Part shown: piece after piece, positions 1 to 8,189 of the stretch | How positions within the stretch are numbered: the stretch's first letter is position 1 | Layout of the letters: every line of letters begins with the position of its first letter | Assembly: GCA_036351155.1 (NCBI GenBank) | Contig: JAZBOO010000260.1 | Span: 1 to 22,280, forward strand | DNA length: 22,280 nt | DNA from: Candidatus Krumholzibacteriia bacterium | Lineage (GTDB): Bacteria; Krumholzibacteriota; Krumholzibacteriia; LZORAL124-64-63 | Reading direction: 5' to 3' | The notes under the pieces: model-generated | What the model was told of the DNA's origin: nothing | The model's input: the letters and a program-made list of their open reading frames with translations, nothing else | Databases searched by the model: none | Made by a program: the position numbers and the translations under genes

Positions 1-111
1 AGAATACGGCGGGGGGTTCCCCGGCGGGAAGTCCCTGAGTCTCCAATGATAGGCCATGGGCCGGCAATGGGCACTTTTTTTTGCCGAAGGGAATGCTCAA
101 GCCTCGATATT

Positions 112-1530
112 TCAAACGCCGACGGTCAAGCCCTTGTCCGCCAGCATGGGTTCGATGCCGTCCTTGTCCACGGCCCGCTTGAAGGCCTCATCCGCGGTGA
201 TCTGGCCTTGAGCTACCAGGGTCAGCAGGGCATCGTTCAGCTGCATCATGCCCTCCTTTTTGCCGGTCTGCATGGCCGAGGGAATCTGAAAGGTTTTCCC
301 CTCACGAATCAGGTTGCCAATGGCCCGGGTGTAGAGCAGCACCTCCAGGGCAGCCACACGCCCCCCGCCCTTCTTCTTGCACAGGGTCTGGGAAATGACG
401 CCTCGCAACGATTCGGACAGCATCACCCGCACCTGTCCCTGACGATCGGCCGGAAACTGGTCGATGATGCGGTCGATGGTGGAAACGGCCGTGGTCGTGT
501 GCAGCGTCCCGAAAACCAGATGGCCGGTCTCCGCCGTCTCGATGGCAATGCTGATGGTCTCCAGGTCCCGCATCTCCCCCACCAGGACAATGTCGGGATC
601 TTCCCGCAGCGCCGCGCGCAACGCCGGCTTGAACCCCTTTGTATGGACATTCACTTCACGCTGATTGACCAGGCATTTCTGATTCTGGTGCACGAACTCG
701 ATGGGGTCCTCGATGGTGATGATATGGTCGCGGCGGGTCTTGTTGATGTGGTCCACCAGGGCCGCCAGGGTCGTGGACTTGCCCGAGCCCGTGGGCCCCG
801 TCACCAGCACCAGCCCCTTGGTCAACTGACAGAGTTTCAGCAACTGCCTGGGCAGGCCCAGCTGGTCCGCGGTGAGGATATCCACCGGGATTTGCCTGAA
901 CACGGCCCCGCATCCATTGCGATCCTGAAAGTAATTACAGCGAAAACGAGCCTGGCCCGGAATTTCGTAGGCGAAATCGGTGTCCATGGTCTCGGCAAAC
1001 TCCGCCCGGTTCCGGTCGGGGATGATTTCCATCAGCAAGCTGTGCAAAGTCTCCTGGGCCAGAGGAGCCTCCTCCAGGGGAACCATCTCTCCGTCCTTGC
1101 GCAAGATCGGCGGCATCCCCGAGCTGAGATGCAAGTCACTCGCCCCTTCGCTGATCATCCGGTGGAAGTAATCCACCAGCCGACCAGAAGAGGCGGCCGG
1201 GGCGGCTTCGACCGGTTTCTGGGCCGTCACCGGAGCAGGTGTGATCTGCAAGGTGAGAACTCCACCGGATTGAACTTTCTTGACCAGAACACCCCCAGCA
1301 GACACCTGAAAGGGAATGCTCTCGGTGATAGCGGTCGCCGCGGTGGCGGCCGGCTGTCCCAGGGGCCCGGTCAGAAACCCCATCAGATCAGCTTCTGTCA
1401 TCGGTGTGGACGCCAGTGTTTGCACTTTCCCTTGCACCCGCATGACCGGCTGCTTGCCCACCATGAGCAGCAACCCATCGCTGGCGTTGGCCAGCATGTT
1501 TTCTATCAACCCGGTGATCTGATCCATCAT
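112..1530 (-). CDS. pilT: Type IV pilus retraction ATPase (PilT/PilU family) with an extra N-terminal domain
   Basis: Walker A GPTGSGKST, Asp box TIEDPIE, ALREDPD-Walker B IVLVGEMRD, His box GHLVFGTLH, AIRNLIRE-like motif (AIGNLIRE), C-terminal GMMQLND; ASDLHL..G.PP.LR.DG N-domain starts near aa 117. Confidence 0.92.
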   Translation of the reverse strand: MMDQITGLIENMLANASDGLLLMVGKQPVMRVQGKVQTLASTPMTEADLMGFLTGPLGQPAATAATAITESIPFQVSAGGVLVKKVQSGGVLTLQITPAPVTAQKPVEAAPAASSGRLVDYFHRMISEGASDLHLSSGMPPILRKDGEMVPLEEAPLAQETLHSLLMEIIPDRNRAEFAETMDTDFAYEIPGQARFRCNYFQDRNGCGAVFRQIPVDILTADQLGLPRQLLKLCQLTKGLVLVTGPTGSGKSTTLAALVDHINKTRRDHIITIEDPIEFVHQNQKCLVNQREVNVHTKGFKPALRAALREDPDIVLVGEMRDLETISIAIETAETGHLVFGTLHTTTAVSTIDRIIDQFPADRQGQVRVMLSESLRGVISQTLCKKKGGGRVAALEVLLYTRAIGNLIREGKTFQIPSAMQTGKKEGMMQLNDALLTLVAQGQITADEAFKRAVDKDGIEPMLADKGLTVGV

Positions 1531-1545
1531 ATCCCTCGTGGTTAT

Positions 1546-2028
1546 CTAGGTCAAAGGGACCAGGTGGTTCAACAAATCCTTGTTGATGATCCACGGGCCA
1601 TCCTCGGTTTCAAACATGAAAAATGTGCAACCCTGGTTCATCAGATCGGCCAGGCGCCTCCGGTGCGGTTCCATGTCGCCGGTGTAGGCGCGCCCTTCCA
1701 GTGTGAAGCCCGCAAAGGCCATCCGTGCTCGTTGCCAGCACTGATCGTTGAGCTCCGGCATCTGCGGCCAGTCCTCACAATCAGGATCGCTGGGTTTCAA
1801 GCCCACGATCCGCGATTTCTGGATCAAAACCAGGGGAGAATCCTCACCCTGCGCCAGGGGCACAAAAGCCTTATCAGAGTTGTTGAGCAGGTCCAGCAGG
1901 GTTTCCTGTCCGTAGTGGTTTGCCGCATAATCGGCCAGATAGAACCGGCCCCGGATCTCCTGCCAGTCGGCCATCAGGGCCAGGACTTCGGTCGACAGAC
2001 TCTTGGCGATCTGCAAATTACTGGTCAT
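1546..2028 (-). CDS. Hypothetical protein with two tandem copies of a small beta-rich domain (DUF6812-like)
   Basis: 160-aa ORF with GGAG RBS; internal repeat IRGRFYL...LLDLLNNSDKAFVPL...LIQKSRI vs LEGRAYT...LADLMNQGCTFFMF...IINKDLL; ends 15 bp before the pilT start. Confidence 0.7.
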   Translation of the reverse strand: MTSNLQIAKSLSTEVLALMADWQEIRGRFYLADYAANHYGQETLLDLLNNSDKAFVPLAQGEDSPLVLIQKSRIVGLKPSDPDCEDWPQMPELNDQCWQRARMAFAGFTLEGRAYTGDMEPHRRRLADLMNQGCTFFMFETEDGPWIINKDLLNHLVPLT

Positions 2029-2178
2029 GGATATTGCTCCGGAAAGGGCCGTCCCGCGGGGGAATCACGGGGGCAAATAGGTTCGATCGATTCGCTAGGG
2101 ATTTCATCGGCAGGGAATCGAGAGGATTGAGGACTGATCAGCACCGGACTCCGGTCCGGTCTGCACGGCACACCAGGC

Positions 2179-2210
2179 AAACAGCCCGCCCCCGAAGGGA
2201 CGGGCTGTTC
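2179..2210 (-). terminator. Probable intrinsic terminator of the S8 protease gene
   Basis: Minus strand AACAGCCCGTCCC-TTCG-GGGGCGGGCTGTTT: 13-bp stem (one G-U) with a cUUCGg tetraloop, about 20 nt after the stop at 2232. Confidence 0.75.
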
Positions 2211-2231
2211 CATGTGGCAGAAATCAGAATG

Positions 2232-5200
2232 TCACTTCAGCAAGGTCATCTTCCGGGTGGCCCGGAAACCCTCGGCCTCGATCAGGTAGAAATAGACGCC
2301 CGAGTGGACCCGCGCACCGAACTCATCGGTGCCGTTCCAGACCACTGTTTGCCGGCCCGCCGCCACCGTCTCGTTCACCAGTGTGCGCACCAGGCGTCCC
2401 CGCGTGTCGTAGATCCGCAGCAGAACCTGACTGGTGCGCGGCAGATCGTAAGCGATGGTGGTGGCAGGATTGAAGGGGTTCGGAGCGTTGGGCTGCAGGG
2501 CGAAGGTCAACGGCGTGTCGCCCTTTTCCGGCGCCTCGTTCAGCGGGGCCAGCCCGCCATCAACGGTCAGCGTGTACCCGCTGGTGGCGCCGTTGTAGCC
2601 GTCCACCCGCACGTAATAGCGTCCCACCGAGGCAGTGTAGCTGCCCGCTTCGGGGTTGCTGACGGTGTAGCCGCGATCGACCTGGGTGCCGGCACTGTTG
2701 TACAGGTACCAGTCCAGATCGGCACTGCCGGCAATGGCCACGCTGATGTTGATGTTGCCCGCGGTGTCCACATCGAACCAGAAGTAGTCGTCATCGCTGC
2801 TGGAGCTGATGGTGCCGGACACCGCCACCCCGTCACCCACCGGGCCGTTGGCCTGGGCAATGTTGGCATTGGGCTCGATCTCGGCCGTGATGGCCGACCC
2901 TCCCCCGCCGCCGCCGCTGCCGGCAGTGACCTCGATATCATCGAAAGTGAAACCGTCGCTGGTCATTCCGTAGTTGTCGTACTGCTGGAACTTCACGATG
3001 AAGGTGGAGCTCATGGTCAAGCCATTGGCCCCGGCCAGGGCGTCCACATCCAGGGTGAAGCTGGTCCAGGTCTGGTTGCTGTAACTCTGCCCGTTCAGGT
3101 CCTGTACCTTCACGAATGACGCTCCGTCATCGGACGAGAAGTACACCCCGTCGCCGGTGTGGGTTTCGTCGCCGAATTCCTTCCACCAGAAGTTGAGGTT
3201 CACATCCGTTTCCCCGCTGAGATCCAGGTGCAACCAGGCCTCGTTGTAGCTGTAGGTCCCGTTGCTGGAGCAATCCATGGCCAGCTGGTACCCGCCGCCG
3301 TGAGGCGTGTAGGTGGAAATGACACGGATCCGGCCGTTGTTGGTCGAGGCCGTGGTCCAGTATCCGTCCAGGTCGCCGCTTTCGAAGCCGGTCGAGTAGG
3401 GCAGTGTGGCGTAATCTCCGCCACCGACCGGAGGTTCGGTCACGGTGATGTAGCTGGTCTTGGTCTCGGTGTCCGTCCCGTACGCGTTGCTGGCCGTCAG
3501 ACTCACCGTGTAGTTGCCCGCCGTGGTGTAGGTGTGGCTGGGGTTCTGAGCCGTCGAGGTGGCCCCATCGCCGAAGTTCCAGCTCCAGCCGGTGGGCACT
3601 TCGGTGGAGGCATCGGTGAAGCTCACCGCCAGGGGGTAATCGCCACTGGTGGGCGTGCCGCTGAAGGCCGCCACCGGTGGGAAACCGGCCGGACCCGCGG
3701 TCACGCTGATGTCGTCGAAGGCCATGCCGTCGGTCGTCATCTGGTAGTTGTCGTACTGCTGGAACTTGATGACGAAGGTGGAATTGAGGGTCAGGCCATT
3801 CGCCGCGGCCACGGCGTCGATGTCCACATCCCACTCACGCCAGACGTTGTTGGTGTAGCTGGCCCCGTTGAGGTCCAGGACCTTCACGAAGCTGGCGCCG
3901 TCGTTGTTCGAGAGATACACGCCGTCGGTGGCGTGGGTCTCGTCGCTGAAATCCTTCCACCAGAAGTTCAGGTCCACCTGGCTTTGACCGGCGAGGTCCA
4001 GGTACAGCCAGGCCTGGTTGGTGCTGTAGGTCCCGTTGCTGGAGCAGTCCATGGTCAGATGGTAACTGCCGCCATGGGGCGTGTTGACCGTGGTGACCTG
4101 CAGGCGGCCGGTGTTGTTCGAAGTGCTGGTCCAGTACTGGTCCAGAGCTCCCGTTTCAAACCCTGTGGTGTAGGGCAAGGTGGCATGGGTGCCACCCACC
4201 GGAGGATCGGTCACCGTGATGTAGCTTGTCTTGGTCTCGGTGTCCGTCCCGTACGCATTGCTGGCCGTCAGAGCCACCGTGTAGGTGCCGGCGCTGTAGT
4301 AAGTGTGGCTGGGGTTGGCGCTGGTGGATGTGCCGCCATCGCCGAAGGTCCAGCTCCAGCTGGTGGGGCTGTTGCTCGAGGCGTCGCTGAAGCTGACGGT
4401 CAACGGGGTGTCACCGCTGGTGGGCGTGCCACTGAAGGCCGCCACCGGAGGCGTGCCGCCACTGCCGCCGCCCCCCACGGCCGCCGCCGCATCGACCATG
4501 CCGTAGCCGGTGTAACGGTCCCAGCCGGAACCGGATTCCACGCTGGTGACATCGGCGGCCGTGGTGGTCAGACGGTCGCGGATCTGGGCCGGCGTGTAGG
4601 TCGGGTAGGCTGACTTGATAAGGGCACAGACTCCCGCCGCGTAGGGCGTGGCGCAGCTGGTCCCGTTGAACCACATGGAATAGTCGCTGCCGTCATAGCC
4701 CGCCGAACCCAGAAGGTCCGTGGTGGGCAGGATGGTCGGAGCAATGACATCCACCGCAGCATTGCTGTCCTGGCTGTTGAGGCCGTAGTTCGAACCCCAC
4801 CAGCGCTCACCATCGCAGGTGTAGCCATTGGGATCGGTGTTGACTCCGGTGTTCACCTCGGAGCTGCTGCTGGACGAGCGCTTGCGGTCGCCGCAGGGCG
4901 ATGCCGCCCCCACCGCGATCACGTACTGGTTGATGGCGGGATAGCTGATGGTCGAGGCGTTTTCGTTGCCGGTCGCGGCCAGCAAGGTCACGCCCGCATT
5001 GTAGGCATACTGCAGGGCCGCATCGGTGGCCGCATCGCTGCTGATGGCCGCGCCCAGGCTCATGCTGGCAATATCGGCCCCGTTGTCGGCCGCGAAGTAC
5101 AAGGCGTTCTGGATGGCCGTGAAGTACATGGACCCGGCACTGTTGGCCACCTTCAGGGGCATGATCTTGCAGTTGGGGGCCACACCCGTGGCGCCCAGGC

Positions 5201-6029
5201 CATTGTTGGCCTTGGCCGCAGCCACACCGGCACAGGCGGTGCCGTGGCCGGGCGAGGAGGAATTGTCGTCGGCGTTGCTGTCGTTGTCGCCGTAATCGTA
5301 TCCCGCCACCTGGGTCAGGTCCGGGTGCCCAACCTCGACGCCGCTGTCGATGATGGCAATCACCACGCTGCTGCTGCCATATCCCTGAGCCTGGTCCCAG
5401 GCCGCCTGGGCATTGGCATCGAAACCAACGGTTCCCACCGTGGGTCCCACATGATCGTGCACAGACCAGTCGTAGCTGATCATCTGGGAGGTGTTGTTGT
5501 GCCCCCAGTGGTCATCGTAAAGCGGGTCGCTGGGAACGGCGGCGGGGAACGCACGCCAGTCCACCGTGGCCGCCTGCACATTGCGGTCCCGGCTCATGCG
5601 CTCGCTCATGGCCCGCACGTCGGCCGAGCCATCGGTTTCCAGCAGGTACCAGCGCTCCAGGCCCAGCTCGTTGGCCTTGTTCTGGTTCCGCACCTCGATG
5701 TATGGGCGACTGATGGTCTTCACGCCCGCAGCCGCGCACAGGGCGTCCAGGGACGCCAGCCCGGTCTGAGCGCGGGGCGCCACGGCGCCTTTGGCACGGC
5801 TGAAGTGGAGATCCGAATCCTCGAAAGCCTGCGAGGTCAGCTGCACAAGGATGCGCTCCGGATGGTATGGCAAAACCGTGTCCACCTGGTCGGTGAATCC
5901 CTCCTGAACCGGAGCGAATGGACGCGGCGCAAAGGCATCGGCCGACCAGGCCGTGCCGAAGGGAACGAGGAGAAGGATGAGAAGAAATGCAACAAGAATG
6001 GACCGGGGTGGGTTGTGTCGGGGGGCCAT
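2232..6029 (-). CDS. Secreted S8 subtilisin-like serine protease with propeptide, 2x PKD, 2x jelly-roll/MAM-like domains, PPC-like domain and FlgD-Ig/T9SS-like CTD
   Basis: Signal peptide (...GTAWS/A); catalytic triad IIDSG, HGTACAG, GTSCATP; oxyanion AATGNE; PKD motifs WSWTFGDG and WSWNFGDG; EIEPN...DLDWYLY PPC; CTD PNPFNPATTI...GVYFY...RKMTLLK; RBS AAGGGAG. Confidence 0.93.
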   Translation of the reverse strand: MAPRHNPPRSILVAFLLILLLVPFGTAWSADAFAPRPFAPVQEGFTDQVDTVLPYHPERILVQLTSQAFEDSDLHFSRAKGAVAPRAQTGLASLDALCAAAGVKTISRPYIEVRNQNKANELGLERWYLLETDGSADVRAMSERMSRDRNVQAATVDWRAFPAAVPSDPLYDDHWGHNNTSQMISYDWSVHDHVGPTVGTVGFDANAQAAWDQAQGYGSSSVVIAIIDSGVEVGHPDLTQVAGYDYGDNDSNADDNSSSPGHGTACAGVAAAKANNGLGATGVAPNCKIMPLKVANSAGSMYFTAIQNALYFAADNGADIASMSLGAAISSDAATDAALQYAYNAGVTLLAATGNENASTISYPAINQYVIAVGAASPCGDRKRSSSSSSEVNTGVNTDPNGYTCDGERWWGSNYGLNSQDSNAAVDVIAPTILPTTDLLGSAGYDGSDYSMWFNGTSCATPYAAGVCALIKSAYPTYTPAQIRDRLTTTAADVTSVESGSGWDRYTGYGMVDAAAAVGGGGSGGTPPVAAFSGTPTSGDTPLTVSFSDASSNSPTSWSWTFGDGGTSTSANPSHTYYSAGTYTVALTASNAYGTDTETKTSYITVTDPPVGGTHATLPYTTGFETGALDQYWTSTSNNTGRLQVTTVNTPHGGSYHLTMDCSSNGTYSTNQAWLYLDLAGQSQVDLNFWWKDFSDETHATDGVYLSNNDGASFVKVLDLNGASYTNNVWREWDVDIDAVAAANGLTLNSTFVIKFQQYDNYQMTTDGMAFDDISVTAGPAGFPPVAAFSGTPTSGDYPLAVSFTDASTEVPTGWSWNFGDGATSTAQNPSHTYTTAGNYTVSLTASNAYGTDTETKTSYITVTEPPVGGGDYATLPYSTGFESGDLDGYWTTASTNNGRIRVISTYTPHGGGYQLAMDCSSNGTYSYNEAWLHLDLSGETDVNLNFWWKEFGDETHTGDGVYFSSDDGASFVKVQDLNGQSYSNQTWTSFTLDVDALAGANGLTMSSTFIVKFQQYDNYGMTSDGFTFDDIEVTAGSGGGGGGSAITAEIEPNANIAQANGPVGDGVAVSGTISSSSDDDYFWFDVDTAGNINISVAIAGSADLDWYLYNSAGTQVDRGYTVSNPEAGSYTASVGRYYVRVDGYNGATSGYTLTVDGGLAPLNEAPEKGDTPLTFALQPNAPNPFNPATTIAYDLPRTSQVLLRIYDTRGRLVRTLVNETVAAGRQTVVWNGTDEFGARVHSGVYFYLIEAEGFRATRKMTLLK
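2923..4451 (-). repeat. Intragenic tandem duplication, about 770-bp unit (PKD + jelly-roll-like domain) x2
   Basis: 3437-3513 and 4208-4284 are near-identical DNA (offset 771); GTAGTTGTCGTACTGCTGGAACTT occurs at 2970 and 3744; the peptide LTASNAYGTDTETKTSYITVT occurs twice. Confidence 0.9.
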
Positions 6030-6171
6030 GAATCATACTCCCTTGATAGATTCCCAATCTGGCGAGAAAAGGAAAAGACGAGACCGTCTTCCCTCACGGG
6101 ATCGTGAGAGCCTAGCGCAGATGAGCTGGAGATTCAATTCTCAACCCAGCCTGGACTGGGTCAGGTTATTG

Positions 6172-6201
6172 AAAAAGGGACGGCAATAAGCCGTCCCTTT
6201 T
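6172..6201. terminator. Potentially bidirectional intrinsic terminator downstream of the LysM gene
   Basis: AAAAGGGACGGC-AATAA-GCCGTCCCTTTT, a perfect 12-bp stem with A/T tails on both sides. Confidence 0.8.
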
Positions 6202-6269
6202 ACAAGGCGATTCATCCTCAGTGAAAATCCCCGAAGATCATTATTCCGTGATGCGGGCAGGTACCTGGG

Positions 6270-6608
6270 TTATTCCGCCGGGGGAATACGGAGAACCTGG
6301 CCCGGATAAATCTTGTTGGGGTCGGTCAACATGGGCTTGTTGGCCTCGAAGATGACCGGATATTTCATGGCGTTGCCGTAGTGGGCCTTGGCGATCCCGC
6401 CCAGGGTGTCCCCTGACTTGACGGTGTAAAAAGTGGCCTCAGGTTCGGGGACCTCCACCGTGAGTTGATCGTCCACACCGGCCACCCCATAGGTGTTCCC
6501 CACGGTCAAAACAATCTTTTCCCTGTCGGCCTGGCTCTCGGTGACGCCGCTGACCGTCGCACGCCCCTCGGCAAAAGAGATGCCCAGATCCTTGATGTCC
6601 AGGCCATC
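6270..6608 (-). pseudogene. kbp: BON-LysM potassium-binding protein Kbp/YgaU homolog lacking its native 5' end
   Basis: GRATVSG...[19 protein letters not shown] (BON) and [44 protein letters not shown] (LysM) closely match YgaU; the usual MGLF.F.K.AG N-terminus is absent and the upstream ORF part is antisense ypfJ. Confidence 0.8.
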
Positions 6609-6767
6609 GGCGATGACACGCTTCAGCGACAGGCCGGCCGCAAGGTGATGCCCGATTCCTTCACCCACGGAACCTCGGCCCAGCGGGCGCGCTGGTTCAT
6701 GAAAGGTTTCCGATCGGGCAGCCTGGATGGTGGCGACACCTTTGGACCGGCCTACGAGGATCTTTAG
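6600..6767 (+). pseudogene. ypfJ: 3' remnant of a YpfJ-family neutral zinc metallopeptidase
   Basis: [40 protein letters not shown]...DTF matches the conserved YpfJ C-terminus (AIGDD.LQ...PDSFTHG.S.QR..WF..G); no N-terminal part or HExxH present. Confidence 0.8.
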
Positions 6768-6775
6768 CGTCCGGG

Positions 6776-8173
6776 TCAGGGGACAAACACGACCCGGCAA
6801 GAGGGACGCCCCGGCAATGACGCCGCCACCGCCAGATACACGCCGCCCGGCACCATCCGGCCGGCGGTGTCCCGACCATCCCAGGTCACCTGTCCATGGC
6901 CCTCATGAATGTCCAGAGTCAATCGTCCCACCCTCTGTCCACGGACATCATAGATACCCACCGGCACCGTCCCCCGGGTTGCGGGTGCGCTCAAGCGCAA
7001 GACCACGCGCCCATTGAAAGGGTTGGGTCCGGCTGCCAGTCGGGCTGAACCTGACGGTGCGGAAATCACCGGGCTCGCTTCGGCCACGCCCACCAGACTG
7101 GCAAGTGCCGCCACGCCGATGCGCGCACTGCCTTCAAAAAATTCCGGGGAAAGCTGATCGGAAGTATCATCGGTGGTATGGTAGTTGGGATTGAAATCAG
7201 GATCGCCCCAGTCCCAGGACTCCTCGTGATTGACCGCCGCGAAACCGTTCTGCCAGAACCGGTAGAAGTCGCCCCACCAGGCCGAGTTGTCCACATGGAG
7301 AATGTAAGGCATGGTGGTGTAGGTGTCGGCCGCCCAGCAGATGGCGTTGGCCAGCCACAGTGAATGTTCATTGGTCTCGATTTCCAGGTCGAACGGCACA
7401 CCCGGCGTCCACCAGCCCATCATGTCAAAATTCAACGCTCCGAGGATGGGCAGCCCCGCCGCCGCCATGTCCGCCACCCAGTGGTTGCTGCCGACCATAC
7501 CCTGCTCTTCCCCGGCAAAGAACACGAACTTGATGGTGTAGTCGGTGACCAGGGGGGCCAGCAGGCGTGCCGCCGTCAGCAGGGTCACCGTGCCCGTGCC
7601 GTTGTCGTCGGCTCCCGGAGTGAACGTCTGGGGAGTTTCGCTGATGGCATCGTAGTGGGCGCAGATCACGAAAACAGAATCGGGCGCGATGGTGCCCAGC
7701 TTGGTCGCAATCACATTGGGAACAGAGAGGGACCCCATGGGGAAATAGTGCTTTTCCGTTTCCAGACCGAACGAGGCCAGCCGGGCCTCCAGTGAATCGG
7801 CCACCACGTTGATGTTGGGCATCTGGGAAAAGCGCGTGCCCAGCCCCACCAGCCAATCCACCTCGGCGATCAACTGGTCGGCGTTGACCTGAGCCACCAG
7901 ACTTTCCACCAGTGGGCTCCGGGAAGGGGTGAAAGTGCGTGCCGGAATCCTGCTGGCGGGCTCAACCAAAAGGGTGGCACCGGGCAGGGAAGCCAGGGCC
8001 CCCTCAGCCCCCGTGATCAGCCATCGGTCACCGCGTCGATCCAGCACCTCGAACCCATCGGGAGGAGCTTCGCCGAAATAGACCGCGCGGGGTGGGGCAG
8101 CTTGGCCTGACTGGGGAAATATCAGGGAAAGCAAAATGCTGGCCAGAAGGATCGGCGCGATGGGGCGATACAT
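6776..8173 (-). CDS. Secreted M28-family (aminopeptidase-like) metallopeptidase with FlgD/T9SS-like CTD
   Basis: Start re-called at ATG 8173 (AAGGAGG RBS at 8180-8186; signal peptide MYRPIAPILLASILL...GQA); motifs CAHYD, PGADDNGTG, GEEQG, NFDM, YHTTDD; CTD PNPFN...YDVRGQRV...WDGRD..G...PGGVYL. Confidence 0.9.
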   Translation of the reverse strand: MYRPIAPILLASILLSLIFPQSGQAAPPRAVYFGEAPPDGFEVLDRRGDRWLITGAEGALASLPGATLLVEPASRIPARTFTPSRSPLVESLVAQVNADQLIAEVDWLVGLGTRFSQMPNINVVADSLEARLASFGLETEKHYFPMGSLSVPNVIATKLGTIAPDSVFVICAHYDAISETPQTFTPGADDNGTGTVTLLTAARLLAPLVTDYTIKFVFFAGEEQGMVGSNHWVADMAAAGLPILGALNFDMMGWWTPGVPFDLEIETNEHSLWLANAICWAADTYTTMPYILHVDNSAWWGDFYRFWQNGFAAVNHEESWDWGDPDFNPNYHTTDDTSDQLSPEFFEGSARIGVAALASLVGVAEASPVISAPSGSARLAAGPNPFNGRVVLRLSAPATRGTVPVGIYDVRGQRVGRLTLDIHEGHGQVTWDGRDTAGRMVPGGVYLAVAASLPGRPSCRVVFVP

Positions 8174-8189
8174 GCAGGTCCTCCTTGGA

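Noticed and set aside
62..86. CGGCAA...TTGCCG stem with a T-run downstream of pilT
   Set aside because: The T-run lies inside the loop/stem on the plus strand and there is no U-tail on the pilT strand, so it is too weak to call a terminator
46..2130. 694-aa plus-strand ORF
   Set aside because: Antisense shadow of pilT and its upstream gene; no motifs, and long shadow frames are expected in high-GC coding DNA
1920..6107. Plus-strand ORFs 1920-3119, 3159-4613 and 5244-6107
   Set aside because: Shadows of the S8 protease gene with V/G/R/H-rich antisense composition
6270..6800. Intact 176-aa LysM protein as given in the ORF track
   Set aside because: The first ~63 aa come from antisense ypfJ and flanking DNA and do not resemble the Kbp N-terminus
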